A DNA stretch of 64,000 bases from an uncultured bacterium. Its GTDB lineage: Bacteria > Krumholzibacteriota > Krumholzibacteriia > JACNKJ01. The first letter of the stretch is position 1. Every line of letters starts with the position of its first letter. Below, piece after piece: positions 23,555 to 35,840 of this stretch. A model generated the notes under the pieces. It ran no database searches, had not been told where the DNA came from, and saw only the letters and a list, made by a program, of their open reading frames with translations. The stretch lies in assembly GCA_963695095.1 (NCBI GenBank), contig CAVOFT010000001.1:2144001-2208000 (forward strand), written 5' to 3'. A program made the translations under genes and the position numbers.

Positions 23555-25326
23555 CTACACCTTCCGGCTGCGTTCGAGGGTGTCGCTGAGCCGCTCGACG
23601 ATCTGCTGCTCGCGCGCTTCGCTGAGGCCCAGGATCTCGCGCAGGGCCTCGCCGATGTGGGGAATGTAGCTCTTGATGTAGTCGGACTTCTGGCGCGCAT
23701 CGGCCAGGCGCTTGCCGCGGCGGATGTGCCCGCCGAGGCGACGGCCGCAATCCTGCAAAGCGAGGCGGATCTCCGCAGGATCTCGGGGTAGCTCGCCACC
23801 GCCTCCTTGCTCTCGCTGGTGAAGGGCACCCAGGCGCTGGCGATGTGCACGGTGACGACCAGCGGCCCCGCCGGCAGCGCGCCCTTGCTCTGGCTGAGGC
23901 CGTAGTTCTTCCAGCCCGCGCCCACGACGCTCTTGGTGATGGCGCAGGCGCCCTGCTGGTACTGCAGCGGCACCCGGTTGGCGAAGCGGTGCAGGAGCGC
24001 CAGTTCGTCGGCGCCCATCCCCTCGACGCCCCAGGCCAGCGCCGCCTCGACGAGGAAGGGATTGCCGCGGTAGACGGCGGGCTTGCGGCTGACGGCCGTG
24101 AAGAACTCGGCCGTCACCACCTTGCGCAGGCCGGCCTCCAGCTCGACGGCGCCGATCGGCGACAGGCAATTGGTGGGCGGCGCCATGATCTTGGTGCCGG
24201 CGATGCCGTGCAGGAGCTGCTCGGCCTGGTCGCGGCCGAGGCTGCCGGGCTTCGCCTGCGGGCGCAGCATGGCGTGACCGGCGATCTCGTCGGCCACCTT
24301 CGCGCCCACGCGGCTGAACTCGTCCTGCAGGAAGGCATGCAGCGTGCGGCTCTTCGTCTGCTCGAGCATGCTCATGAGAATGCCCAGCTCGACGCCGTAG
24401 GGATGGGGCTTGATCGCCTGCGCCTCGTGGGGCAGGGCCTCCGTGACGCGCGGGTACTGGATCTCCTCGCCGCCGGGCTCGCGATAGCTGAGGTCCAGAT
24501 GCGGATTGGCCACCGCGGTGAGGGCGAGGTAATCGTCCACGCTGCGGCGGCCGCGCTTGTGGATGGCCTCGAGCTCGATCTCCACCCGGGTGCCGTGGGG
24601 CGCGTCCCAGTCCACCACCTCGTCGACGGCGATGATGGGCTCGTTCTTCTGGGTGTTGATCTTCACCTCGAAGCGGTGCGCGTCGGCCTTGGGCGCCGTG
24701 CGGCTCGTGATGCGCACCGGCTTGCCCGTGGTGAGCTGGCCGTACATGCCCGCGGCGCTGATGCCGATGCCCTGCTGACCGCGGCTCTGCTTGAGCGTGT
24801 GGAACTTGGAGCCGTAGAGCAGCTTGCCGAAGATCCGCGGAATCTGCGCGCGCACGATGCCCGGGCCGTTGTCCTGGACGACGACGCGGAAGCGCTCCTC
24901 GCCCACCTGATGGGCCTCCACGCGCAGCGAGGGCAGGATGCCGGCCTCCTCGCAGGCGTCGAGGCTGTTGTCCACCGCCTCCTTGATCGTGGTGAGCAGG
25001 GCCTTGCTCGGGTTGTCGAAGCCGAGCAGGTGGCGGTTCTTCGTGAAGAACTCGCTGATCGAGATCTCGCGCTGCTTCTTGGCCTGCGCCTCGGCGCTGC
25101 CGCCCGCGCGCCGCCCCGCCGCGCGACTGGGACGGCGCTGCCCGCCGCCCTGGTCAGCGGCCGCGCCGCGGGCGGCGCCCGCTGCCGGCCCCGCCGTCGC
25201 CGCCGGGGCGATCTCGGCTGCCGGCCCGCTCTCGGCCGGCGCTTCGGCGAGGGCGGAGGCCGCCCCCGCCTCCTTCGCGGCGAAGAGGTCGCCGGTACCC
25301 GACTTGCTGCGCTTCTGCGTGGCCAT
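23555..25326 (-). CDS. top6B: DNA topoisomerase VI subunit B; one-base deletion frameshift near 23773
   Basis: EISISEFF, KEAVDNSLDA, DNGPG, KLLYGSKF, QSRGQQGIGIS, RFANRVPL, PFTSESKEA; YPEIL continues as EIRLALQDCGRRL in the adjacent frame; span 1772 nt = 3n+2. Confidence 0.93.
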
Positions 25327-25366
25327 GCGACTCCCTGCTGGCGGCGGCATCCCCGTTGCGGGCGGC

Positions 25367-25396
25367 AGTCTAGCGAAGCCCCGCGCGTAGCGTCAA
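25367..25396 (-). promoter_or_regulatory. sigma70-type promoter for top6B operon
   Basis: TTGACG-18 bp-TAGACT. Confidence 0.6.
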
Positions 25397-25418
25397 AGGA
25401 AAGCTCGGTGGCGGTCCA

Positions 25419-25435
25419 TGTCAACCAAGTTGACA
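25419..25435. promoter_or_regulatory. Perfect palindrome TGTCAAC-N3-GTTGACA in the divergent top6B/patatin intergenic region
   Basis: 7-bp arms visible directly; each arm contains TTGACA pointing outward. Confidence 0.5.
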
Positions 25436-25548
25436 GATGCTCCCCGTAACCTGCTATCTCCACAGGCGTTCCCTGGCCGCCAAGGCCGTCTTGCAGGGGG
25501 TGGGCCAGCTTGGCGGGCGGTCCTTCGCCCAGCGCGGCGCGAATGGCC

Positions 25549-25576
25549 TTGAGTCGGATCCGACCTTGCATAGAAT
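25549..25576 (+). promoter_or_regulatory. Promoter for patatin gene (probably leaderless)
   Basis: TTGAGT-16 bp-TAGAAT, ATG 6 nt downstream; GTCGGATCCGAC palindrome overlaps the spacer. Confidence 0.55.
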
Positions 25577-25582
25577 CGGCTC

Positions 25583-26482
25583 ATGGCTCTTGATCCCGAC
25601 AGCTCACCCCAGGGCTACCGCGCGCCGGCAGGCGGCGCGCCCAGCGTGGCCGTGGCCATGGGCGGCGGCCTGCCCTTCGGCGTCGTCGCGCTGGGCCTGC
25701 TCAGGCTGCTCGAGGAGAAGGGCATCGCCATCAAGGCCCTGGCCGGGACCAGCCTGGGCGCCATCGTCGGCGCCTGCTACCTGCGCCACGGCAGCGCGGA
25801 GCGGGTGGAGGCCCTGCTGGCCGACTTCTTCGCGCAACTGCACCCGCGTTACCTGCTGGTGCGGGACTTCCGCTTCTTCCAGCCGGGCCTGCTCACGGGC
25901 CGCAGCGTGATCGGCCTGATCAAGGAGCTGCTGGGCGGCGACTTCCTGCTCGAGGAGGCGCCGGTACCCTTCTTCATCAATGCGACGGATCTCCTGCGCG
26001 GCACCGACGTGGTCATCCGCACGGGGTCGGCGCTGGAGGCCATCCACGGCAGCATCGCGATGCCGGGCATCTTCGTCCCCCACAAGTGGGGCGACACCTA
26101 CCTGGTGGACGGCGCCATGACCTGCCCCGTGCCGGCCGCTTTCCTCGAGCGCGAGGGCTTTGCGCCGGTGATCCCCGTGCGCGGCCTGCGCACCCTGCCC
26201 GACGATGCCGAGGTGGACAAGGAGCGCACGCGCCTGGAGAAGGAACACCTGCTGCAGCGGGGGCTGGCGCCGAGCATCATCTACGTGCTCTGGCGCTCGA
26301 TGGGCCTGATCCAGCAGGACGACTTCGCGCGGCGGATCATGGAACAGAATCCGCTGAGCGTCGCCCCCAGCATCAGCCTCGAGCTGGGCAGCGACTTCCA
26401 GAAGGTGCGCGAGCTGGTGCAGATCGGCTACGACGCCGCGCTCGAGAAGTGGCCGGCCATCGAGCGCGCACTGGGAGCGTGA
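25583..26482 (+). CDS. Patatin-like phospholipase family protein
   Basis: AMGGGLPFG Gly loop, GTSLG nucleophile, SIAMPGIF, LVDGA. Confidence 0.9.
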   Translation: MALDPDSSPQGYRAPAGGAPSVAVAMGGGLPFGVVALGLLRLLEEKGIAIKALAGTSLGAIVGACYLRHGSAERVEALLADFFAQLHPRYLLVRDFRFFQPGLLTGRSVIGLIKELLGGDFLLEEAPVPFFINATDLLRGTDVVIRTGSALEAIHGSIAMPGIFVPHKWGDTYLVDGAMTCPVPAAFLEREGFAPVIPVRGLRTLPDDAEVDKERTRLEKEHLLQRGLAPSIIYVLWRSMGLIQQDDFARRIMEQNPLSVAPSISLELGSDFQKVRELVQIGYDAALEKWPAIERALGA

Positions 26483-26503
26483 GCGCCCCCCGCTCGCCCG
26501 CGC

Positions 26504-27148
26504 TCACTTGCCCATTGCCGCCTGCCAGGTATCCCAGGACGACAGGATCCCGCCCTGCGCGGCGTCGCGGTAGAGCACGCGGAAGCCCATGCGCCCGGCC
26601 ACGTGGAAGTGCTCGTAGAGCTCGTGCGCCGCGGCCTCGGGCGTGAGCCGCCGGAAGCGCTGCGGCCGCGGGGCGCCGGCGTAGATCCAGGACCAGAAGA
26701 GCAGGTCCAGGGCCGTGCTCTCCAGCCAGGGCACCTCCTGCTCGTAGGCGGCCACCCAGCGCAGGGCGGTATCCTCGAGCAGCGACGTGAGCACTCCGGC
26801 CTGACCCAGGCCGCAGGCCCCCAGGTGCAGGCCCACGATGGAGGGCGCGGGGGCGATCATCTGCACGAGCTCCGCCAGCGGGATGTGCTGCTCCAGGGTG
26901 AGCAGGCGCCCGGAGCGGCTGCCATGCGTCGCCAAGTAGAGGATCTTCTCCTTGCCCGCGCGGCGAATGCGGCCGAACTTCTCGATCCAGAGGGTCAGGT
27001 CGTTGCGGCTGTCGAAGACGCGATAGAAGAACTCCCAGCCGTGGAGGTCGCAGAGGCCCTTGATGAAGGGGTGCACGGAGTTGCGCGTCTTCAGGTCGTC
27101 GGACCAGTAGGACTCCAGGACCAGAAAGCAGGGCTTGGCTCGCTTCAT
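26504..27148 (-). CDS. Caspase/CHAT-fold (DUF6642-like) protein
   Basis: ILYLATHG and GLHLGAC His/Cys dyad pattern; ATGA overlap with the upstream flavoprotein. Confidence 0.6.
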   Translation of the reverse strand: MKRAKPCFLVLESYWSDDLKTRNSVHPFIKGLCDLHGWEFFYRVFDSRNDLTLWIEKFGRIRRAGKEKILYLATHGSRSGRLLTLEQHIPLAELVQMIAPAPSIVGLHLGACGLGQAGVLTSLLEDTALRWVAAYEQEVPWLESTALDLLFWSWIYAGAPRPQRFRRLTPEAAAHELYEHFHVAGRMGFRVLYRDAAQGGILSSWDTWQAAMGK

Positions 27149-28422
27149 CGCTGATTCCATTCGTCGGCCGGCGACGCGCCGTCCGCCCGGCCGGGACGGC
27201 CGGCGTGGATGCCCGCCAGGCGCCCGGTGGCGAAGGCCGCCTGGAAGTTGTAGCCGCCGATGGGGCCGTCGACGTCCAGCAGTTCCCCGCAAATGAAGAG
27301 GCCGGGCGCGAGGCGGGAGGCCATCCTACGGGGGTCGACCTCGTCCAGGGGGATGCCGCCGCGCGTGACCTCGGCCTTGGCGAAGCCCAGCGTGCCGGCC
27401 ACGGCCAGGCGCAGGCCCTTCGCCGCCGCGAGGAGCCGGGCGCGGGCCCTGCGGTCGAGTTCAGCGGCAGGGCCCGCCGCGCCCGCCTGCTCGGCGAGGG
27501 CGCGGCGCAGGCGCTCGGGCAGCACTTCAGGCAGCAGGGACCAGGCCGCGCGGCGCCCACCCGCGGCGATGCCCGCGCGCAGGAGCGCGTCGAGCGCATC
27601 CCGGCTCGTGCCCGGCAGGAAGTCGATGACGAGGGTGGAGCCGGACCCCGCCGCTTCCACCCAGCCGGCGAGGTCCATGGGCCCGGGGCCCGAGAGCCCC
27701 TGATGCGTGAAGAGCAGGGGCCGGCGGCGGCGGGCGATCACGCGGCCTTCGCCGCCTTCGAGTGCGAGCGTGCAGTCGGCCAGGGTCAAGCCGGCCAGGG
27801 CATGCAGCCAGGCCGCGTCCAGGGCCAGCGGAGCGAGGGCGGGCAGCGTGGGCGTCACCGCGTGGCCCAGCCCGGCGGCGAGACGATAGCCGTCGCCCGT
27901 CGTGCCCATCTGCGGATAGCTGCGGCCGCCGCTGGCCAGAATCACGGCGCCGGCCAGGATCGGCCCCGCCGGCGTCTCGGCGCGAAAGCCCTCGCCCTCG
28001 CGAGCCAGTGCGGTGACCGGCCGACCGCAGGCGAGCCGCACCCCCGCGGCTTCGGCCTGGGCGAGCAGGGCCGCGAGCACGTCGGCCGCGCGATCCGAAA
28101 CCGGGAAGATCTTCTCCAGCGCCTCTTCCTTGAGCGGCACGCCGGCGGCCTCGATCTCGGCGCGCAGGGCCGCCGGCGGATAGGCGCGCAGGGCGTGGCG
28201 CAGCCAGCGGCCGGCTGCGGCGCCGTAGGCGGCCTCGAGAGCCGGGCCCGTCACCGTGGTGGTCAGGTTGCAGCGGCCGCCGCCGCTGGCGAGGATCTTC
28301 ACGCCGGGGCGCTTGTTCTTCTCCACGAGGATGACGCGACAGCCACGCTCGGCCGCGCAGCGCGCGGCGATCAGGCCCGCCGCGCCGGCGCCGATGACGA
28401 GCACATCCCCGGATAGCGGCAT
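27145..28422 (-). CDS. HI0933/YhiN/BaiN family FAD-dependent oxidoreductase
   Basis: GAGAAG, KILASGGGRCNLT, GGRSYPQMGTTGDG, LFTHQGLSGP, GELLDVDGPIGGYNFQAA. Confidence 0.93.
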   Translation of the reverse strand: MPLSGDVLVIGAGAAGLIAARCAAERGCRVILVEKNKRPGVKILASGGGRCNLTTTVTGPALEAAYGAAAGRWLRHALRAYPPAALRAEIEAAGVPLKEEALEKIFPVSDRAADVLAALLAQAEAAGVRLACGRPVTALAREGEGFRAETPAGPILAGAVILASGGRSYPQMGTTGDGYRLAAGLGHAVTPTLPALAPLALDAAWLHALAGLTLADCTLALEGGEGRVIARRRRPLLFTHQGLSGPGPMDLAGWVEAAGSGSTLVIDFLPGTSRDALDALLRAGIAAGGRRAAWSLLPEVLPERLRRALAEQAGAAGPAAELDRRARARLLAAAKGLRLAVAGTLGFAKAEVTRGGIPLDEVDPRRMASRLAPGLFICGELLDVDGPIGGYNFQAAFATGRLAGIHAGRPGRADGASPADEWNQR

Positions 28423-28431
28423 CGCGCGGGG

Positions 28432-31956
<3,525 letters not shown>

Positions 31957-31992
31957 CGGGGCGGGGGTCCTTTCGGGCGGAGGGCGGCCCCC

Positions 31993-32021
31993 ACTCTAGC
32001 CGCTGGGGCGGGGCCGCTCAA
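31993..32021 (-). promoter_or_regulatory. sigma70-type promoter for dnaE
   Basis: TTGAGC-17 bp-TAGAGT. Confidence 0.55.
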
Positions 32022-32064
32022 TGCCGGAGTGCCCAGCCGCCGGCGGCGATTCGCCGCTTTCGTA

Positions 32065-32093
32065 TTGCGGAGGGCGAGGCCCTGTGCTAAGTT
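32065..32093 (+). promoter_or_regulatory. sigma70-type promoter for PpiD-like gene
   Basis: TTGCGG-17 bp-TAAGTT with TG extension. Confidence 0.5.
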
Positions 32094-32187
32094 ATGCCGC
32101 CTCAGCGAATTGACCGCCTGCTTCCGCTGCGGTCGCGTCCGTTTTCCCCATCAGCCGTCTTCGCCGGAGCGCAGGGAGGGGCCTTCC

Positions 32188-34011
32188 ATGTTGAGCAAGA
32201 TGCGCCAGGGGCCATTCATCAAGACCGTCCTCTGGGTGGTGGTCGTCGCCTTCGTCGCCACGATGGTCTTCGTCTGGGGCGCCGATCTCCAGGGCGTCGG
32301 CTGCAGCCAGGGCGCCCCTCAGGGGCAGCAGTGGGTGGGCAAGGTGGGCCACAAGGGCCTCAGCCTCGTCGACTACGATCGCCGCCTGCGCCAGGCCATC
32401 AGCCAGCTCGCCCAGGGCCGCGAGCCCGGCCAGGTGATCAGCGAGGACGAGCGCCTGCGCGTGGCCGATCAGGTCTTCGAACAGATGGTGAACGAGCAGC
32501 TCTTCGAGATGGAAGTCTCGCGCTTGAAGCTGACGCCCAGCGATGCCGAGGTGGGCGACATCCTCCAGTTCGATCCGCCCGAGATCCTGCTCCAGCAGTT
32601 CCGCGACGCGCAGGGCAACTTCGATCGCGGCGCCTACGAGCTGGCCCTCAACAATCCGAACGTCGACTGGACGCCCTTCGAGCAGTACGTGCGCGCCAAC
32701 CTGCCGGCCGAGCGTTTGCAGCAGATGCTGATCAGCAGCGTGCACGTGGGCGAGGGCGACGTGCGCCAGGAATACGAGCGCCGCTTCCGCAAGATGACCG
32801 TCCTCTATGCCGGCCAGGCCTGGCGCGAGGTGAAGCTGGCGAACGACACCCCCACCGACGAGGTCCTGCGCGCCTACTTCGAAGAGCACAAGGACAAGTT
32901 CGCGGTGGAGGAGCGCTACCGCATCGAGGCCATCCGCCTCTCGCGCGAGCCCAGCCCCGCCGATGCGGACTACGTGCGCGGGCGGCTGGATGCCCTGCGC
33001 AGGGAGATCGTCGCCGGCGGCAAGACCTTCGCCCAGATGGCGAAGGAGTGGTCGCAGGACCTCGCCAATGCCGAACTCGGCGGCGACCTTGGCTGGTTCG
33101 GCAAGGGCCGCATGGACCCCGCTTTCGAGGCGGCCGCCTTCGCCCTCGCCGCGGGACAGGTCAGCCAGCCCGTGCGCAGCGCCTTCGGCTATCACCTGAT
33201 CCAGGTGGACGAAAGGCGCAAGCAGGCGGGCGCGGACGAAGTCTCGGCCCGGCACATCCTGCTGCGCGTCGAGCCCAGCTATGCCACCCTGGACAGCCTG
33301 AACAGCCTCGCCGACTCCCTCTACGCGAAGGCGGAGGCGAGCGGCTCCCTGGCCGACGCGGCCCGGGCGCTCGGCCTGGCGCCGATCAGCCCGCCGCCCT
33401 TCTCCAAGCGCGAGTCGATCGCGGGCCTCGGCTTCAACAGCGCCATCAAGGCCAAGGTGGAGCACATGAAAGCGGGCACGGTGAGCAAGGTCTTCCAGGC
33501 CCGCGACGCCGACTACCTGGTCCAGCTGCTGGAAGTCCTACCGGCCGGAGCCGCCGACTTCGCCAGCAAGCGCGACGAGGTGCTGCGCGCCTGGCGCGAG
33601 ACCGAGCAGCGCGGCCTCGCCCGCCAGCAGGCCGCGGCCCTGAAGACCGCCATCGACAGCGGGCGCGGGCTGCGTGATGCCGCCACCGCCCTGGCTCTGA
33701 CGCCCGTGCAGAGCGAGCCCTTCAGCCGTCGCGACTACGTGCCCGGGGTGGGCCGCGAGGGCGCCTTCCAGATCGCAGCCTTCCTGCTCAATCCGGGCCA
33801 GGTGAGCGGCGTCATCGAAGCGCAGGAGGGCGCCTACGTGCTGCAAGTGCTGGAGAAGCCCGAGTCCGACAAGGAGAACTGGCTCACCGAGAGCAAGAGC
33901 ATCCGCGAGCGGCTGCTCGGCAACGCCCAGCAGCGCTACTTCGTGAGCTGGATGACGGCGCTGAAGAAGCGCTTCCCCGTCGAGGACTATCGGGACCGCT
34001 TCTATAATTAG
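32188..34011 (+). CDS. PpiD/SurA-like parvulin peptidyl-prolyl isomerase
   Basis: N-terminal TM LWVVVVAFVATMVFVWG; GGDLGWFGKGRMDPAFEAAAF; SAFGYHLI; ARHIL. Confidence 0.9.
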   Translation: MLSKMRQGPFIKTVLWVVVVAFVATMVFVWGADLQGVGCSQGAPQGQQWVGKVGHKGLSLVDYDRRLRQAISQLAQGREPGQVISEDERLRVADQVFEQMVNEQLFEMEVSRLKLTPSDAEVGDILQFDPPEILLQQFRDAQGNFDRGAYELALNNPNVDWTPFEQYVRANLPAERLQQMLISSVHVGEGDVRQEYERRFRKMTVLYAGQAWREVKLANDTPTDEVLRAYFEEHKDKFAVEERYRIEAIRLSREPSPADADYVRGRLDALRREIVAGGKTFAQMAKEWSQDLANAELGGDLGWFGKGRMDPAFEAAAFALAAGQVSQPVRSAFGYHLIQVDERRKQAGADEVSARHILLRVEPSYATLDSLNSLADSLYAKAEASGSLADAARALGLAPISPPPFSKRESIAGLGFNSAIKAKVEHMKAGTVSKVFQARDADYLVQLLEVLPAGAADFASKRDEVLRAWRETEQRGLARQQAAALKTAIDSGRGLRDAATALALTPVQSEPFSRRDYVPGVGREGAFQIAAFLLNPGQVSGVIEAQEGAYVLQVLEKPESDKENWLTESKSIRERLLGNAQQRYFVSWMTALKKRFPVEDYRDRFYN

Positions 34012-34063
34012 CGCCGGCTGAGCCGGCTGCGGCAATTCGCGCCGGCGCTGCCGGCCGCGACGA

Positions 34064-34543
34064 TCAGGAGGCGGATCCGGACTTGTCCGGGTCCGCTTCC
34101 TGCGTTGGGGGCGGACCCTCCTCGGCGGGCGGCTCGGTTGCCGGCGGCGCGCTCGGAGGCGGGGTGGCCGGCGGGGGCGAAGCGGCCACGAGGCCCGCGC
34201 GCTGCAGCTCGGCCTCGGCGTCGCGGTAGGGCGCCTCGAAGTCGCTCGCGGCGGCGGACGGAGCCGCCAACGCGCCTTGCTCGATGTTCCGTGCGGCCGG
34301 CCGCGGCGCGTCGACGCCGCTCTCCAGTTCGCTGCCGCGCGCAGGGCCCACCGCCGGGGGCGGCTCCAGATTGCTGTAGAGCTCCCGCTTCAACTCGCGA
34401 TTGGCGTCCCTGAGCCGGCTGCTCACCTTGCCGAACTGGCGAGCGATCTCCGGCAGGCGCTTGGGCCCCAGCAGCACGAGGGCCGCGCCGAGGATGAGCA
34501 GCAGCTCCGTGCCGCCGATGTCGAGGAAGGCTACCATGACCAT
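34064..34543 (-). CDS. Twin-arginine translocase TatA/TatB family subunit
   Basis: FLDIGGTELLLILGAALVLLGPKRLPEIARQFGK plus Pro/Ala tail; alternative start at 34537. Confidence 0.88.
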   Translation of the reverse strand: MVMVAFLDIGGTELLLILGAALVLLGPKRLPEIARQFGKVSSRLRDANRELKRELYSNLEPPPAVGPARGSELESGVDAPRPAARNIEQGALAAPSAAASDFEAPYRDAEAELQRAGLVAASPPPATPPPSAPPATEPPAEEGPPPTQEADPDKSGSAS

Positions 34544-34800
34544 TTCAGCAACTGGATCATCACGAAGATGCCCAGCACCGATAGCAGATTGAAGGTGAGG
34601 CTGAAACCGAAGGTGAAACTGCAGATGAGCAGGTCCACCGTGAAGGGCGCCAGCGTGAAGCTCTTGGCATAGGTGAGCACATCGCGGGGAACGCCCGGCG
34701 GCAGGATGATGCCCAGCAGTTCGCCCAGCAGCGTGCCCACGGCGATGCCGAGCAGGATGCTGAGGACAATCGTGCGGAAGGACTTTCGATGCAGGGCCAT
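34531..34800 (-). CDS. DUF4321 family small membrane protein
   Basis: ILLGIAVGTLLGELLG...PFTVDLLICSFTFGFSLTFNLLSVLGI; GAGG RBS. Confidence 0.8.
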   Translation of the reverse strand: MALHRKSFRTIVLSILLGIAVGTLLGELLGIILPPGVPRDVLTYAKSFTLAPFTVDLLICSFTFGFSLTFNLLSVLGIFVMIQLLKWSW

Positions 34801-34834
34801 CGCCTCACCTCGCCGGCGTTGCCGCTGGCCGGAC

Positions 34835-35356
34835 TCAGGGCTCCGGCCAGCGATAGTCTTGCCAATCATGCCCCAGGACGAGCGTGGCGTCCAGCATCAG
34901 ATCCTCGCGCCGCTGGACGATCACGGGCACGCCGCCCATGCGCTCGGCGAGGGCGAGCGTCGCCGCTCGGCACCCCTCGCGCCCGCTACGCACGACAAGC
35001 AGGGTCTCCGGGAAGGGCCAGCCGGGGGCGTTGGTCTTGTCGAGGGTGTCCACCCCCCAGTGGCGCAGCGCCTCGCCCCGCTCCAGGGCGAGGCGGCTCA
35101 CCCCGGTCGCGTTGAGAATCTGCAGGCGCAGCGGGATCGTCGGCAGGGCGGCGATCTCCGGCTCGCCCACGGCCTCGGGCGCGACCGCCTCGCCACCCGT
35201 CAGACGCCCCCGGCTCCAGTCCCAGGCGCGGCCCAGGCCCTCGCCGAGATCCGAGGCGTAGCGCAAGGCCAGGGAGAAGACGAGCAGGACGAGGAAGGCG
35301 ACCAGCAGCCAGCGCCCCCGGGCGGACTGCCTGGCCGCGCGGCGCGCAGCGCTCAT
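34835..35356 (-). CDS. LytR C-terminal domain membrane protein
   Basis: TM helix, LQILNATGVSRLA, DATLVLGHD. Confidence 0.85.
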   Translation of the reverse strand: MSAARRAARQSARGRWLLVAFLVLLVFSLALRYASDLGEGLGRAWDWSRGRLTGGEAVAPEAVGEPEIAALPTIPLRLQILNATGVSRLALERGEALRHWGVDTLDKTNAPGWPFPETLLVVRSGREGCRAATLALAERMGGVPVIVQRREDLMLDATLVLGHDWQDYRWPEP

Positions 35357-35357
35357 T

Positions 35358-35840
35358 TCAGGACTCGCCTTCCGCGGCCAGGGCGGCCTCGAGGCGGGCG
35401 AAGCTGTCGGCGGGATCCTCGGGCACGACGCGCAGGCCGCCGACGGTGCTCATGAAATTCGTGTCGCCCCCCCAGCGCGGCAGCAGGTGAATGTGCAGGT
35501 GGCCGGGGATGCCGGCTCCGCCCGCGACGCCGAAGTTGATGCCGACATTCATGCCTTCCGGCCGGTAGGCCAGCCGCAGCGCCGCCTCCACGCGCGCGAG
35601 CAGGGGCGCCAGCTCCGCGAGGGCCAGCGCCGGCAGCTCCCCCAGCCAGCTCTTGTGCGCGCGGCTGATCAGCATGACGTGCCCGCTGCAGTAGGGAAAG
35701 GCGTTGAGGGCCAGGTACCAGTGCGGCGTGGCCAGGAGCTGCTCTGCCGGCTGCTCGGCCAGGCGGCAGAAGACGCAACCCTCCTCGCGCTGGCCCTCCA
35801 TCACGTACTGCCGACGCCAGGGCGTGAACAGAAAATCCAT
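35358..35840 (-). CDS. HIT family hydrolase (Ap4A/FHIT-like)
   Basis: LFTPWR, CVFC, LNAFPY.SGH, AGAGIPGHLHIHLLPRW. Confidence 0.93.
   Translation of the reverse strand: MDFLFTPWRRQYVMEGQREEGCVFCRLAEQPAEQLLATPHWYLALNAFPYCSGHVMLISRAHKSWLGELPALALAELAPLLARVEAALRLAYRPEGMNVGINFGVAGGAGIPGHLHIHLLPRWGGDTNFMSTVGGLRVVPEDPADSFARLEAALAAEGES

Noticed and set aside
21591..23750. 719-aa ORF as a single gene
   Set aside because: Only 21591-22439 (signal peptide, OMP) is real; the rest is an off-frame overlap with top6A.
23401..25350. Top6B with a long novel tail overlapping top6A
   Set aside because: Artefact of the deletion near 23773; the true C-terminus is in the frame ending at 23555.
25583..27148. CBASS-type defence operon
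   Set aside because: No CD-NTase nearby and the two genes are convergent; retained only as a weak hypothesis.
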